Source: Octopus vulgaris
Taxonomy: Eukaryota
DNA: 64,000 bases
Direction of reading: 5' to 3'
NCBI GenBank assembly: GCA_951406725.2
Contig: OX597820.1
Location: 13,516,001 to 13,580,000 of the forward strand
A program made the position numbers and the translations under genes. Below the pieces are notes generated by a model. The model was not told the origin of the DNA and ran no database searches. It saw only the letters and a program-made list of their open reading frames with translations. This document shows, one piece after another, positions 1 to 11,364 of the stretch (position 1 is the first letter of the stretch; every line of letters begins with the position of its first letter).

Positions 1-59
1 CTTCCACCACTCGGGCCCATCTCACGGTGTTGATTCCTTCACATCCCATATGGCGGATT

Positions 60-1103
60 CTAGCCCTGACAATGCAGCCCATGTTTGGCCTCGAGGTGCT
101 GGTTTAACACCAGTCTCTTGGACGCCACCTGAGCCGCAGAGCCAGTTTTCATGGCTTCCTCTAATTCCTTAACTAGAGTATTTTCCCTTCTAGCCTCTCT
201 AGCCACTACTCCTATGCTATATCTAATAGACTCAAACTTGATGGCTCGTTTGAGGGCGTACCACCATTTGTTATTAATGATGGTACCAGATAGTGCCCTC
301 TGAATTATATTCCTAATCCGGTCTTTGTACTCCTTAATCGCCAAAAGGGACGTATTAAGTTTCCAGTAACCGGATCCTCTATTTTTAACCTTATCTATGT
401 CAAGCTTACAAGTGACCATTTTATGATCACTGTAGCTGATCGGGTAAAACTGTGGACACTTAGCTATTTTACTGTCTACTTTTCTAATTAGTATTCTATC
501 TAAATATGACCTGGAAGATCCGTCGCTGTTTGACCATGTCCACAATGGAGCGTTCGGAAATTCCAGCCTATAAGGATCTGCTAGCTCAAAGCGGCTTAGC
601 AGTTCCATGAAGCCACTGTTACCTTTCCTATCTGGACGCGAGCCAACACAATCTACATCCGCTTTGCAAATTGTGTTAAAGTCTCCTAGCACCACTAATG
701 AATGCGAAGTACCAAGAAAGTTTTCTAGTTCACGAAAATAATCACTTTGCCTTGTACTGTTGGGTGCGTAAATTGCAACCAGTCTGATAACTTTACCGTT
801 ACTGAACGTCAAATCCATGACGACCAGTCTACCTTCTGGATCTGCAAAAATTAACTTTTTCTCAGAAACCCGGTTTCTTTTTAATAGGACCAACACCCCA
901 CTCCCGCCTGTAGGACTGCCAGGAGAGAAAAAACTCTCGTAGCCGTCAAACAGCGGGAGTAGACCTCTTGGCCCCTCTAACCGGGCTTCTGTAGCAACAA
1001 TAACATCTAAATTATGCGACCTGATATCATGCAGGAAGCGACCTTGCTTCCAGCCTGCTCCCAGGCCGCTCACATTCAAACAACCAACATAAATGTAATC
1101 CAT
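60..1103 (-). CDS. ORF2 N-terminus: APE endonuclease (probably frameshifted near position 60-80)
   Basis: Motifs LNVSGL, ATE, AIYAPN, LGDFN, WTW, SYLDRI, SDHK and YWKLN in ORF 60..1103. Confidence 0.9.
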   Translation of the reverse strand: MDYIYVGCLNVSGLGAGWKQGRFLHDIRSHNLDVIVATEARLEGPRGLLPLFDGYESFFSPGSPTGGSGVLVLLKRNRVSEKKLIFADPEGRLVVMDLTFSNGKVIRLVAIYAPNSTRQSDYFRELENFLGTSHSLVVLGDFNTICKADVDCVGSRPDRKGNSGFMELLSRFELADPYRLEFPNAPLWTWSNSDGSSRSYLDRILIRKVDSKIAKCPQFYPISYSDHKMVTCKLDIDKVKNRGSGYWKLNTSLLAIKEYKDRIRNIIQRALSGTIINNKWWYALKRAIKFESIRYSIGVVAREARRENTLVKELEEAMKTGSAAQVASKRLVLNQHLEAKHGLHCQG

Positions 1104-1398
1104 TACTTACCCTTATATCAGTGGTTCGACTTGTTCGACTTGTTTTTCGTCGTCTTCACTTTTATTTTTTTCCTTGGCTCGTGGGGGAGTCCGACGCAGG
1201 CCCTCGTATAGATATGGAGACATGTCCAATCTCAGAGGGCCCACGTCGTGGAAGAATTCGGATTATATCCGTCTGTAATCCTTCCGGCCTATTTTATAAA
1301 CAATGCAGTCTTTTGCTTTTCTCACTCTTTCCACTTTGGCCATGGCTGCCAAAACATTACCTAGTCTGTTATTGGTGGCCTTAATGGCCATAAATGAA

Positions 1399-2436
1399 TT
1401 AGTTGCTTCCTTTCTCTTCTTCTGGTTCTCTTCCTGAGGGCTGGTTTCTGTTTTCCGTTTTTTTTTTGGTAACTTTTGACCACCCCTCCTCTTTTTCCTT
1501 TTCTACGCCACTTGTTGTTTCTACTACCTCTTTGGTTTCATGTGTTTTTTCTTCTGTTTCCTTTTCTGTTTTTTCCTTTTCCGGCGGTGCTTCTACCTGC
1601 GGTTTAGGTTGGTACTCTGCTCTTACGTGCCCCTTTTTACCGCAGCCGAAGCACCTCGGCTTTCTTCCCTCCACGAACACTAGCACCCTCTCCTCCTCGC
1701 TGAGCCTCAATATCTCCGGTATTTCTTCTAGTGTTTGGACTTCGGCTTGGATCGCCATTGTGATGCATTGGCCTTGCCAAAACCCTTCCTCCTCTACTGT
1801 AGCCTGGAGGATAGTGATCTTGTCCTCCAGGCCTAGCATCACTGCCGCCACCAGGCATGTGGCGTCCGCTTCTGGCGGAATATTTTTCATTACTATTTTT
1901 GAGGTCCTTCTGCCTCTGTACAGGGGTAGGACTATATTCCCTACTTTTTGAGGTTCGGTTGATAGCTTCTTTGCTATCTCCTCGGTCTTAAACCTCACCT
2001 CAACTGTTCCAAACCTTCTGCCTCGGTTTATGTACGTTATGTCTTTTCTTATTGCCTTCAGACAATCCTCTATTTTCTTTTCCTCCACTTTTTGGATGCT
2101 TTTCGTCGTTATATTGTAGGTCTTGTAGATGATCCTTTTTCTTTCTATTTCTTCTTTCTTTCCGACGTCTGCTTCCACTGCTATTTCGTTTCCTTCCATT
2201 TTCAAAAGGACTTCATATTTTTCTAGGTTGCTCCTATCTGTGTTGATCCTTTTTTGTTTTCGACCTGCGACTTCCGCGAACTTCTTCGCTGGGGCCTTTT
2301 CTTTTTCTGGCGTCACCGCCGGTTCTTTTTCCGGCGTCACCGCCGGTGAACTTTCTTCACCTGAAATCGGTGAATATGAGATAGGAGGTTCCATCTCAAG
2401 CCTTTTCAATTGGCTTTCACAGCCTTCAAAAGACAT
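1399..2436 (-). CDS. ORF1 nucleic-acid-binding protein of element 1
   Basis: 345 aa; RGRRFGTVEVRF RRM-like block; knuckle CFGCGKKGHVRAEY (last Cys lost); K/E-rich tail; probably continued into 1120-1398 before decay. Confidence 0.85.
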   Translation of the reverse strand: MSFEGCESQLKRLEMEPPISYSPISGEESSPAVTPEKEPAVTPEKEKAPAKKFAEVAGRKQKRINTDRSNLEKYEVLLKMEGNEIAVEADVGKKEEIERKRIIYKTYNITTKSIQKVEEKKIEDCLKAIRKDITYINRGRRFGTVEVRFKTEEIAKKLSTEPQKVGNIVLPLYRGRRTSKIVMKNIPPEADATCLVAAVMLGLEDKITILQATVEEEGFWQGQCITMAIQAEVQTLEEIPEILRLSEEERVLVFVEGRKPRCFGCGKKGHVRAEYQPKPQVEAPPEKEKTEKETEEKTHETKEVVETTSGVEKEKEEGWSKVTKKKTENRNQPSGREPEEEKGSN

Positions 2437-2688
2437 TTTGGCTTTGCAAGCCTTTTGTGTAGATTTTTAAATGTGTTCCACACAAAATGTCCCACAATAA
2501 TTCCCCCGCAAGAGGGGAACTAAATACGCAGCCTTCGCGCGAAGGCCACTGACAGTCTTATACAAAAGACACAATATATCAAAGCAACAGTAATTAAATC
2601 AACGAATCGGTATTAACAAAGTAGCAGCAAATGACAAACCAGACAGGCACTCGAATAAGTATTCAGTTGGTGACAATTAAATTGAATT

Positions 2689-4610
2689 ATTTTATTATTA
2701 CCCACAAGGGGCGAACATAGAGGGGACAGTACAATCGGGGAAAAAATAAAATAATGAAATATGAAATATGTATAAATGTGGTGTAATGCCCCACCCGATC
2801 CCCGAAATCAGGTGGTTACATTTCGTCGTTTTTAATTACATTTTATAATGTTTTCAAAAGTAACAAATTCATTTTTCAGCATTTTGCAATACATTTCAAT
2901 ACATTTCAAAATATAATTTCAAAATACACTATCAATTACAGAAAAATTGTTTTCACAAATTCACATATAAAGCTTTCGCAATACATCTTTAAGATTTCAA
3001 AATACATTTGAAATAAACAAAAGTCTTTCCAAATTCTCTCTTTTTTTTTTCTTATAATTTTAATTTAGTTCCATTACCTTTTTCAGGTCATTGTAGTTTT
3101 CCATTTCTCGTGGGTATCTTAGTAGTCGGCACTTCGTGTGTCTTGTTACGTTCATACCAGCGGCCTCGATAAACGCATCGGCGTTGTCTTCATGGACCAG
3201 TGCACCCGTTTCCTTCCACTCCGTGCCCATCCTGACCCATGAATATCCCTCCGTTTCACTTATTAGTTCCTCCATCTCCCCACAGTGTCTGTATTGAACT
3301 AATGTTCCGTAAAATTTGTATCTTCTATTTGACCCTATGTTTTCTTTAGTTTTCCTTTTCGGACTTACTTCTTCTTTACCTTCCTCTCTCGGTTTTTCTC
3401 TTTCTCTCTTTTTGCTTTCCTTTTCTTTTTCCTTCTCTTGTCTTTTTGGTTCTTTGTCTGTCGTATGTTCTTTTCCTGTTTTTTCTTTTTCTTTTTGTGT
3501 AGCAGCTTTTCCTTTCTCTTGATTCTGTTCCTTCTCTTGTTTTTTTCCTGTTTTTTCTCTTTCCTTTATTTTACTTTCTTTTTCTTTCTCTATTGCCTGT
3601 AACTTTTGTTCTTCTTCTATTAATTTCTTCTCTTTGCTTTCATTTTCCTTCCGTGTATTGTTATTTCCTTTTACCGTTGTTTCCCTTTCCTTGCTTTCTT
3701 TCTCCTTTAGAGTATTGTTCCCTTCTTCGGGTTCTTTTTCTTTCTCTTTTTTGTTTTCCTCTGCTTTTTCACACTCCGCCACGTATTCGTAAAGCGGACA
3801 TTCTTTTTTAATGTGACCTCTTGTCCCACATAAATAACAATTGGGTTTCCTCCCCTCAACGATTACGTAGAGGGTTCTACCATCTTCTACTTCTATTTAG
3901 AAGGGAATTCGATCTATATCGCTGTTTGTGGCCATCAGCCACATCTCTACTCCGAATCCCTTCCATTTCACTATGCTAGTCTCCTTTACCGATCCAATTT
4001 CTATATCTTCCTCTGCTGATCCTAGGATGGCTGTTACCAGCCATTCTGTTTTTAAATCTGGGGGTATATTTGGGATTTTAACCCGTACCCCTCTTTTCCC
4101 TTTGTAGGTAGGCCACATGACGAAGTTTTCGGCTCTGAGTACGGTGGTAGCTAGCGAGGCCGCAACTTCTTTTGTTGCGTACCTCACCTCCACCGTACCA
4201 TATTTCTTGCCTCTGCACACAAAGGTAGCCTTTTTCATAACGTCGTCCAGACATTTTTCTATGTCTTCTATTGCTATTCTTGATAGCTTTCTTGTGGTCG
4301 TGTCCTGTGTTCTATAAATTATAGTTTTGTCCTCTTTTTCCTCCTTTGCTTCAGCAGGGGGGACCAGCTTCATTCTGTCACCCTCCCTTTCAATGAATTT
4401 CTCAAATTCCTCTAGCTGTTCTTTTTTAAAGAACACCTCTCTTACTGTCAGCGGCGTATCGCTTTTCATTGCGGCGACCCCCGCGTAAGTCTCCATGACT
4501 TGAGGGTCGGCGCACCTTCTACAAAAAGTTTCCAACGCGCAGCGGCAAATGCCTCGCGCGATTCAAATTTCAATTTCTATATACAAAAATTAACAATTAC
4601 TTAACACAAT
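2689..4610 (-). mobile_element. ORF1-only Tx1-like element 2 with 15-bp TSD
   Basis: Direct repeat CAATTAAATTGAATT at 2674-2688 and 4611-4625; contains only ORF1 plus ~370 bp 3' UTR ending in an A-rich tail. Confidence 0.85.
3060..4496 (-). pseudogene. ORF1 of element 2 (about 479 codons, one in-frame stop at 3897-3899)
   Basis: ORFs 3897..4535 and 3060..3782 share a frame; the gap encodes an intact knuckle CYLCGTRGHIKKEC; RGKKYGTVEVRY matches element 1. Confidence 0.85.
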
Positions 4611-4889
4611 CAATTAAATTGAATTGTTAGCTCTTCTTTTTTCTCTACATTGTATACTTTATAGACATTAGTCTTTTCTTTAATTTGATTTTTTATCATC
4701 CATCTGGACTATTCCATTTCTTCACGCTAATTTTATTTTTAATTTATTCCCATTCATGTGAAACCACTTATTCAAGTTCAAATCATTGATGCAATTTTAT
4801 ACCAAATGCTATTTTTACTTTTGTATGTTACGATTATATTATACTTTAGTTTGATTTTAATTATTACTTACTACATATAATTCAATTGT

Positions 4890-5152
4890 TGTTATCTTTA
4901 TTGTTAAAGTGAAAGCATCTGACATAAAATAGAGAAATATTTTTGTTTCACTTTTAACACGTAATACTGAAATAGTGGAGAAGATATATTGCTATGGGCT
5001 CGCTCTAGGCAAGAAGTTGAACTTTTTTTGCCCATGAAACTACATGGACCCTAAGTAAGGCATGTCTAAAATTTGAATGAAATTGGTCGTGTAGTTTTAG
5101 GGAAACACAGACACAGACACAAACACATTCTCAGTTTTATATATATAAAGAT
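4890..5152 (-). mobile_element. 5' fragment of a non-autonomous Helitron-like repeat
   Basis: Minus strand starts TCTTTATATATATAAAA..TGTGTCTGT, like the copies at 31801 and 41170; no 3' end seen. Confidence 0.4.
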
Positions 5153-5449
5153 ATATATATATAGGATACCGATAGAATATATTTCTTTATTTACCAATGT
5201 AAAAATGTTTACATAGAGGGGACGTTACAAGGACAGACAAGGGACATGTAGGATACAAATACGCTTCTTATATACAAGATGAAAAGACAGATGGATTTAC
5301 ATATATTTTACGGATGGAAATTAAAAATATATATGATGATTGGATGGAAATTGGGTCCGGGTTAGTGAGTTAACCCGCCGGTTGGTCATCCCTTTTGGTA
5401 ATCTTTTTCCTTCCTTTTATGCTCCGACCGACCGTGCAAGCACAGCCTC

Positions 5450-6600
5450 GTGCATTCTCATCTTTCTTACCACTGTCATCCATCTTTTTTCCTAACGCTC
5501 TTTGCGGCAGGCTCCTCCTCTCCAGACGGATCTTGCTGGAAAGATGGGCAGCGAAGTAATTCCCCAGCCCACATCCGGAGATGAATTGGCCTGTCGCAAT
5601 CCCTTTCGCTCGCGTCTTCCATACCACATCTTTCAGTATGGTTACTACGCAGAGAAAAGCTACCTTCTTTTCTTTGGTGAAAGAGGAAGGTGGTACAATC
5701 TTTATCATGGACTCGGACGAGAGCCGTACTCTTTCCGCATCCGACAACAGCTGTTCGGCAAAGGCCATCAACTCCCTCAACTCCTCAGTGTACGAAGGCG
5801 TGCATAACCGTTTCACTGGCACGGCCGCACCTCGGACACGTGGGGGAGGTGTCAGTACCATGCTTTGACGACCTTCCTTGAACCGGTAAAGCCGATCAGT
5901 AGCACAGCCAGGTCAAAGATTTCTTGTAGTTATCCACAAATCTCGACCCGAAAGTCTAAAACTACACTTTTCTCTAACGCTTACTACTATCCTATCTATA
6001 TAAGACATGACCAATCCGTCCTTCCTGGCCCAAGTCCACATTGGGACGTTTGGATTGTCAAGTCTATATTCGATCAACCCGTCTGAAATGCTTCAGCAGA
6101 TCAATGAGGCATGAGTTAACTTTTCTACCTTTCGAGCCTACGCTATCCGGGCGTGCATCCAGTATAGCGCTAAAGTCGCCTAACATAACTACAGTCCTTG
6201 AAGTCACAAGGAAGTTCTCCAGGCGTCGAAAAAAAAATCAACCCGTTTGCCTAGAATCCCAGGCGCGTAGATGCCATCCAACCTGACGGCCTTACCTCTG
6301 TACGTCAGGTCCAGAACGACCAACTCACCTTCCGGGTCCACGAAAATTGTACGTGTCTGCATGACCAGGCTTTTTCGGATCAAGACTGCGACCCCTCTGC
6401 TTCCCCAGTCCTGGCTAGGAGAAATTATCTTCTCGTAGTCGTTCAGGAGGTCTGAGAAGACCTGCAGCTTGCCCAGCCTGGTTTCTGTAGCAACCATAAC
6501 ATCTATACCGTGTGACTAGAGGTCGTCGAAGAGGCAAGCTTGTTTCCTCTTCGAGCCCAGGTCACGTACATTCAAGCATGCAATACTTAACACGGTCATC
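5450..6600 (-). pseudogene. Deleted ORF2 of element 3: APE fused to the C-terminal CCHC domain
   Basis: ATETRL, GVAVLI, IYAPG and LGDF in shifted frames, then TCPRCGRASETVMHAFVH near 5790-5845; no RT motifs between. Confidence 0.75.
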
Positions 6601-6699
6601 TCACATCATAAAAGGGAGGAAAAACCATACTTACCATTAGTTACCTTTCAAGGGGAATGGTTCTCAAAACTTTTGAGACCATTCCTCCACTTTCATCTT

Positions 6700-7110
6700 T
6701 CTTGTTCAAAAAGGGTTCAACCGGCGGGTCGAACACTTTTTCAGTCTCTTTGAGAGCCCCATGTCTTTAGGGTGTAACTTTGCCAGATCAAAATATAAAG
6801 TTTTCGTTATTCTGGCAAAAGTTACTGGACTTTGTTTAGAGTCATTTTGATATAAAATCGTATCTAATGTTTCGGATTTTGAAACTTTTGTTTTGAGGGC
6901 CTGTGTCTTTGTGGGGGAATCCATTTTTTTGAAAGTTTTCATGTATATGTCTAGGGAGTGGCTGTGTGGTAAGTAGCTTGCGAACAAACCACATGGTTCC
7001 GGGTTCAGTTCCACTGCGTGGCATCTTGAGCAAGTGTCTTCTGCTATAGCCCCGGGCCGACCAATGCCTTGTGAGTGGATTTGGTAGACGGAAACTGAAA
7101 GAAGCCTGTC

Positions 7111-7166
<56 letters not shown>

Positions 7167-8395
7167 CTGTGTTTGTCTGTGTTTGTCCCCCTAGCATTGC
7201 TTAACAACCGATGCTGGTGTGTTCATGTCCCCGTCACTTAGCGGTTCGGCAAAAGAGACCGATAGAATAAGTACTGGGCTTACAAAGAATAAGTCCCGGG
7301 GTCGATTTGCTCGACAAAAGGCGGTGCTCCAGCATGGCTGCAGTCAAATGACTGAAACAAGTAAAAGAGTAAGAGTAATCCTTCGCTTGAGTCCTGAATG
7401 CTGGTTTCCTCTGCACTTGTTGAGGCGGTCACCTTGGCTTGGAGTGCCGCCTCTTTGGTAGATGCACTCCTGGTAACGGCCTCCATGGCCGGGAGTGCAC
7501 CCTCTTGGATTCCTATCGAGGTTGTGCTCTGTGTAACAACCTTCCTGGCCGCGGGTGCGGCCACTTTTTCCTGTAGGTTTTTTGACTTTTTGATTTTAGA
7601 AGTCCCTTCCTGGGGTCCACTTCCTTGGAGGGGATAGTGACAGGTTTGCTTCTTTTTTATTATTTTCAAGACACTTCTCCTTTATGTGTCCTTTCTCCCT
7701 GGATTTGAAGCATCGGGGCCTTCTTCCCTCTACGTTTATGGGCAGACTTATATCTTCCATCACTCAAATTTCTGGGAGTTCTTCTAGATCGTTGGCCGTG
7801 GCTTGGACCAAGATCTCAAGTGTCTGGCCCCACCAATTTTTAGGTCCGTTTTTTGCGATCTCGATTAATTGGATTTTGTCCTCTCGCTTGTATAAAAGTG
7901 TGGCCACAATCTAGCCTACCTCTACTTCTGGTGGGGGTGGGGCATTTTTAATCTTTATCCGGGACATCCTACGTCTCAGATATAATGGTAGAAATAGAAT
8001 ATTGCCACTTTGCAAGGTTGGTGTCGAATACTCCCTTGCACGCTCCGTTGACTTGAACCTTGCTTCTATTGTGGAGAATTTACCGCCTCTGGTGTGGTAT
8101 CTAATTTCTTGCATTATAGCACTAAGACATTTCTCTATGGTGCTTTCTTCCAAGTGCTCGAATCTTTTTGTTTCCACATTGTATATATTTTGTAGACGAT
8201 GGTCTTTTCTTTTATCTTGTTTTTTTTTATTTCATTTGGAGGTGTTATTCTTGATTCACCATCTTTCTCAGTTATCATTCCAAAATAAGTTAGAATCTCT
8301 TCAATCTTTATCTTTATGAATTCGCGGCCGCCGACGGCTGCAGCGAAATTCATGTTTGAGCTCTCTTCTATCGAAGACATTTTTGATGTAAACAC
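6700..8395 (-). pseudogene. Frameshifted ORF1 of element 3, interrupted by a SINE
   Basis: IEKCLSAIMQEIRYHTRGGKFSTIEARF block; knuckle RPRCFKSREKGHIKEKC near 7670-7720. Confidence 0.75.
6953..7378 (+). mobile_element. tRNA-derived CORE-type SINE (octopus OR-like) nested in element 3
   Basis: A-box GTGGCTGTGTGG, B-box GGTTCAGTTCC, CORE-like GTGGCATCTTGAGCAAGTGTCTT, internal (TA)n(TG)n, tail GACTGAAACAAGTAAAAGA. Confidence 0.85.
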
Positions 8396-8634
8396 TTCCG
8401 TATAAACGGCGAAATATTATCAATTTCCCAAAACAGGGACACAGTTCAATATTTAACAATAACCGAAGCTGCTTCCCCCAAAGGGGGAGGCTCACAGTTC
8501 ACAGTTATATTACAAATTCAATATAACGTTTCCCTTACAGGAAACCAACAAACACAATAGTTAAACAGTAATAACAACAAACCTTACGGTGAATCAAAGC
8601 AGTACTAACTCGAAGCGGTGTCGAAATCGAATAG

Positions 8635-8750
8635 GGATACCGATAGAATAAGTCCTAGGCTTACAAAGAATAAATCCTGGGTCGATTTGTTCCACTAAAG
8701 TCGGTGCTCCAACATGACCGCAGTCAAATGACTGAAACAAATAAGAGTAA
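8635..8750 (+). mobile_element. 3' tail fragment of CORE-type SINE (insertion target of element 3)
   Basis: Matches 7257-7370 of the full copy. Confidence 0.75.
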
Positions 8751-8813
8751 AAAAAAAACAAGAGTAGATATCAATTATATTTTTATGATATAGACATTCT
8801 TCAAGGGTTAGAG

Positions 8814-8922
8814 GTACTACTAGCGAACAGTGGTCCCGGTGCGCGCAAGTCGTTGTAGGATCGACTACTTACGACTAGCTAGCGCGGATGCGCGTACCGG
8901 GACTACTATTCGCTAGTAGTAC
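8814..8922. repeat. GC-rich 109-bp hairpin / MITE-like element
   Basis: ~34-bp inverted arms GTACTACTAGCGAAcAGTgGTCCCGGTgCGCGCA / TGCGCGTACCGGGACTACTATTCGCTAGTAGTAC, 3 mismatches. Confidence 0.7.
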
Positions 8923-9584
8923 TGGGTTCGATCCTTAGGCAGTACCAATAGGAGTTTATGCAACAGTCTCACTAAAGGACGAAAAATTAACTAAAGTATA
9001 GAAGCCATCTTATCATGGCTAACCACATTGGGGAGGGGGTGTTACTGTAGCTTTATAGCCCCAAGAGATCTTCGTCTCTAGCTGGCTTTAGACACAATAT
9101 CTGTGACCTTGGAGTATTTGCAAAGGGAGACCATCCCTTCCTCGCAAGCCTCAGTGATACGCAATTAACTGCAATGGATAAAGTCGTTGACATTCAACAA
9201 CAGAATCCACTACGAAATTGTGTTAGTCTACCGTACATATCGAATAAAGAGGAACACAGAACTGTCTTTGACATAATGGAACCAATATTCTTGGTTATTA
9301 TGGGATTAACGAAAAATGTTAGACAAAATGAAGAGAAGCTTAAATTGTCAGCTGAGAAGCTTAGTGGTGAACTTAGAGGAAGAAAAACGGATTACAAATA
9401 AAAAGAAAAGAGTACGTTAGGTAAATTGAAAAGTAAAGATGTTGAGTGGATTGTCAATCAAGTAGAAATAAAAACAATACCAGTTGTGTAATTACCTAAA
9501 GGTGAAGACTACAGAAGGGAGATAATTACCAATCGTGCTTGTATAAAAAGTGTTTAGAAGAAAACTAGTTATTTTTTTTTTATA

Positions 9585-9972
9585 TTGGTTTCAGTCATTT
9601 GACTGCGGCCATGATGGAGCACTGCCTTTTAGTCGAGCAAATCCACCCCAGAACTTGTTCTTTGTAAGCCGAGTACATATTCTATCGGTCTCTTTTCCAG
9701 AACCGCTAAGTTACGCGGACCGTAAATACACCAGCGTCGGCTGTCAAGCGATGGTAGGTGGGACAAACACACACAAGTATACACGCATACATGCATATAT
9801 ATGTGTGTGTGTGTGTGTGTATATATTTGTATGAGGGGCTTCTTTCAGTTTCCGTCTACCAAATCCACTCACAAGGCTTTGATCAGCCTGCGGCTATAAT
9901 AGAAGACCCTTGCGCAAGGTGCCATTCAGTGGGATTGAACCCGGAAGCATGTGATTGCGGCGCAAGCTTCTT
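9585..9972 (-). mobile_element. CORE-type SINE split by element 4 (its first ~25 nt lie at 12708-12733)
   Basis: Reverse complement of the SINE consensus; the head resumes as ACCACACTCGCGCCT after the second TSD copy. Confidence 0.8.
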
Positions 9973-10149
9973 TATTTCATTAAATTGGCCATATAGGCCT
10001 TACAAAGAGAAGCTTGTGGGCTGGACATGGACAAGATGAGATGAAATGAAACAAAATGATACGGATGAGAGGGATGTCGGCGCCCACCGACCGACATACC
10101 CTCGAATACAAAGTTTCTTACAACAATACAAAGTTTCTTAAAACAATTC

Positions 10150-11364
10150 TCTTTGTCAGGTACCCCAAGCAAAGTGACTTGCCGCCTGCAGACAACTCTG
10201 CATCGACAAGTCGGGGCCTGCAAAGAGGAAAGCAAATTCTTCCTTGTCAAAGGTCGCTGTGACCTTTGACAGAATTCAGGCCATATCGGACTACTTGAGC
10301 AGACCGAGTACACACGTTCTCGGTCACCCAAGCCGTCCAAAAATTTACTCACCGTCCCTCCCTCGTGGTAAAGGAGGACAAACACCTCATCACAGGAAGG
10401 GACCTCACACTGCTCCGTCAGTGGGAAGTGTGCCACTGACGGAGCCCTATCCGCAGGTGGCACACATCCCACCTGCGGCTCCGTCGGCGGCCCAGAAACA
10501 TCCGCCGACCGTCCTCTGTTCCTCTTTCTCCTCTTTATTTTTGAGGCTGCTAGATCAGGGGGCTCCGTCGGCAGACACGGGGGGTCGCCACCCTCCTCCG
10601 CCGCCAGAACATTTTTTGGTGAGCAACCATTGTTGCTCACCTGTCTTCTTTTCGTGGAGGCAACTTCCTCCACGACTTCCACCGTCTCCCCCTCCAATGA
10701 GGGGGGGCGGGCACCTTCTCTTTCTCATGCTCCAGGGCCCCACCACGGCCCCCTGGACAGTTCCTTTTGATATGGCCAGGCTCCAGGCACAGGTGTAACT
10801 TGGGGAGGAGGTCCCTCAAGTATCACCGGGTACCTGTACCCGGCCATTTTTAGGAAATCCGGAAACATCATGTCTCCCTCGGCCACCGGGGTCCACAAAA
10901 TTGCCTTTGACCCCTCCCAGTCGACCGCGGGAGTAATCTTCACACTCAATAGCCTGGGCCCGCTATCCCTCAGGCCTCGCTGAATGGTCTTCTCGATTCA
11001 TCCCGCCTCCGTGCCCGGGGGCAGCCCGCACACCCAGGCTCTTCTTATTTTCCTCCCACAATAAGTGGGTAGGAACAAAATTTCTTCTCCCTCAAATCTG
11101 CCAGTTTCCTCGGGGGTACCAAACAGCAACCACACCGTTGCAAATTTGGTCCCCCCGAGAAATAAATTTTATAGTTGGCAGGTAGTCTGCCAACTCTCTT
11201 TCTATTATGCTCTTGTCGAAGAGGGCGATGGCACCACGCGACCTAGAATAGGTCCGTAGTACCACTGTCCTCCTCTCAAGATCTTTAATCCACTGTTTGG
11301 GTGGGACAACCTCCCACTCCAAGGCAGTGGCTTCATTCTTCTTTGCCATGTGTAAAAAATTCAA
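10150..11364 (-). pseudogene. Frameshifted ORF1 of element 4
   Basis: TVVLRTYSRSRG..IERELADYLPTIKFISRG block homologous to elements 1-3; knuckle (L)HLCLEPGHIKRNC at ~10755-10800. Confidence 0.75.

Larger units (their letters stand above)
1..2673 (-). mobile_element. Tx1/L1-like non-LTR retrotransposon, element 1 (5' UTR, ORF1, start of ORF2; runs off the left edge)
   Basis: ORF1 with RRM-like region and gag knuckle, followed by an APE endonuclease ORF ending in GSGYWKLNTSLL, typical of Tx1/L1 ORF2. Confidence 0.9.
5180..8634 (-). mobile_element. Internally deleted Tx1-like element 3 (ORF1 + APE + C-terminal Zn finger, no RT) with 16-bp TSD
   Basis: GGATACCGATAGAATA at 5164-5179 and 8635-8650; decayed ORF1 6700-8395, APE 5900-6600, zf-RVT-like C-terminus 5450-5870. 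Confidence 0.8.

Noticed and set aside
1403-2470. Plus-strand ORFs opposite ORF1 (also 49351-49665, 50386-50646)
   Set aside because: Antisense shadows of real retroelement ORFs.
9174-9560. 75-aa ORF in purine-rich sequence
   Set aside because: Broken by stops and no recognisable motif; probably decayed TE.
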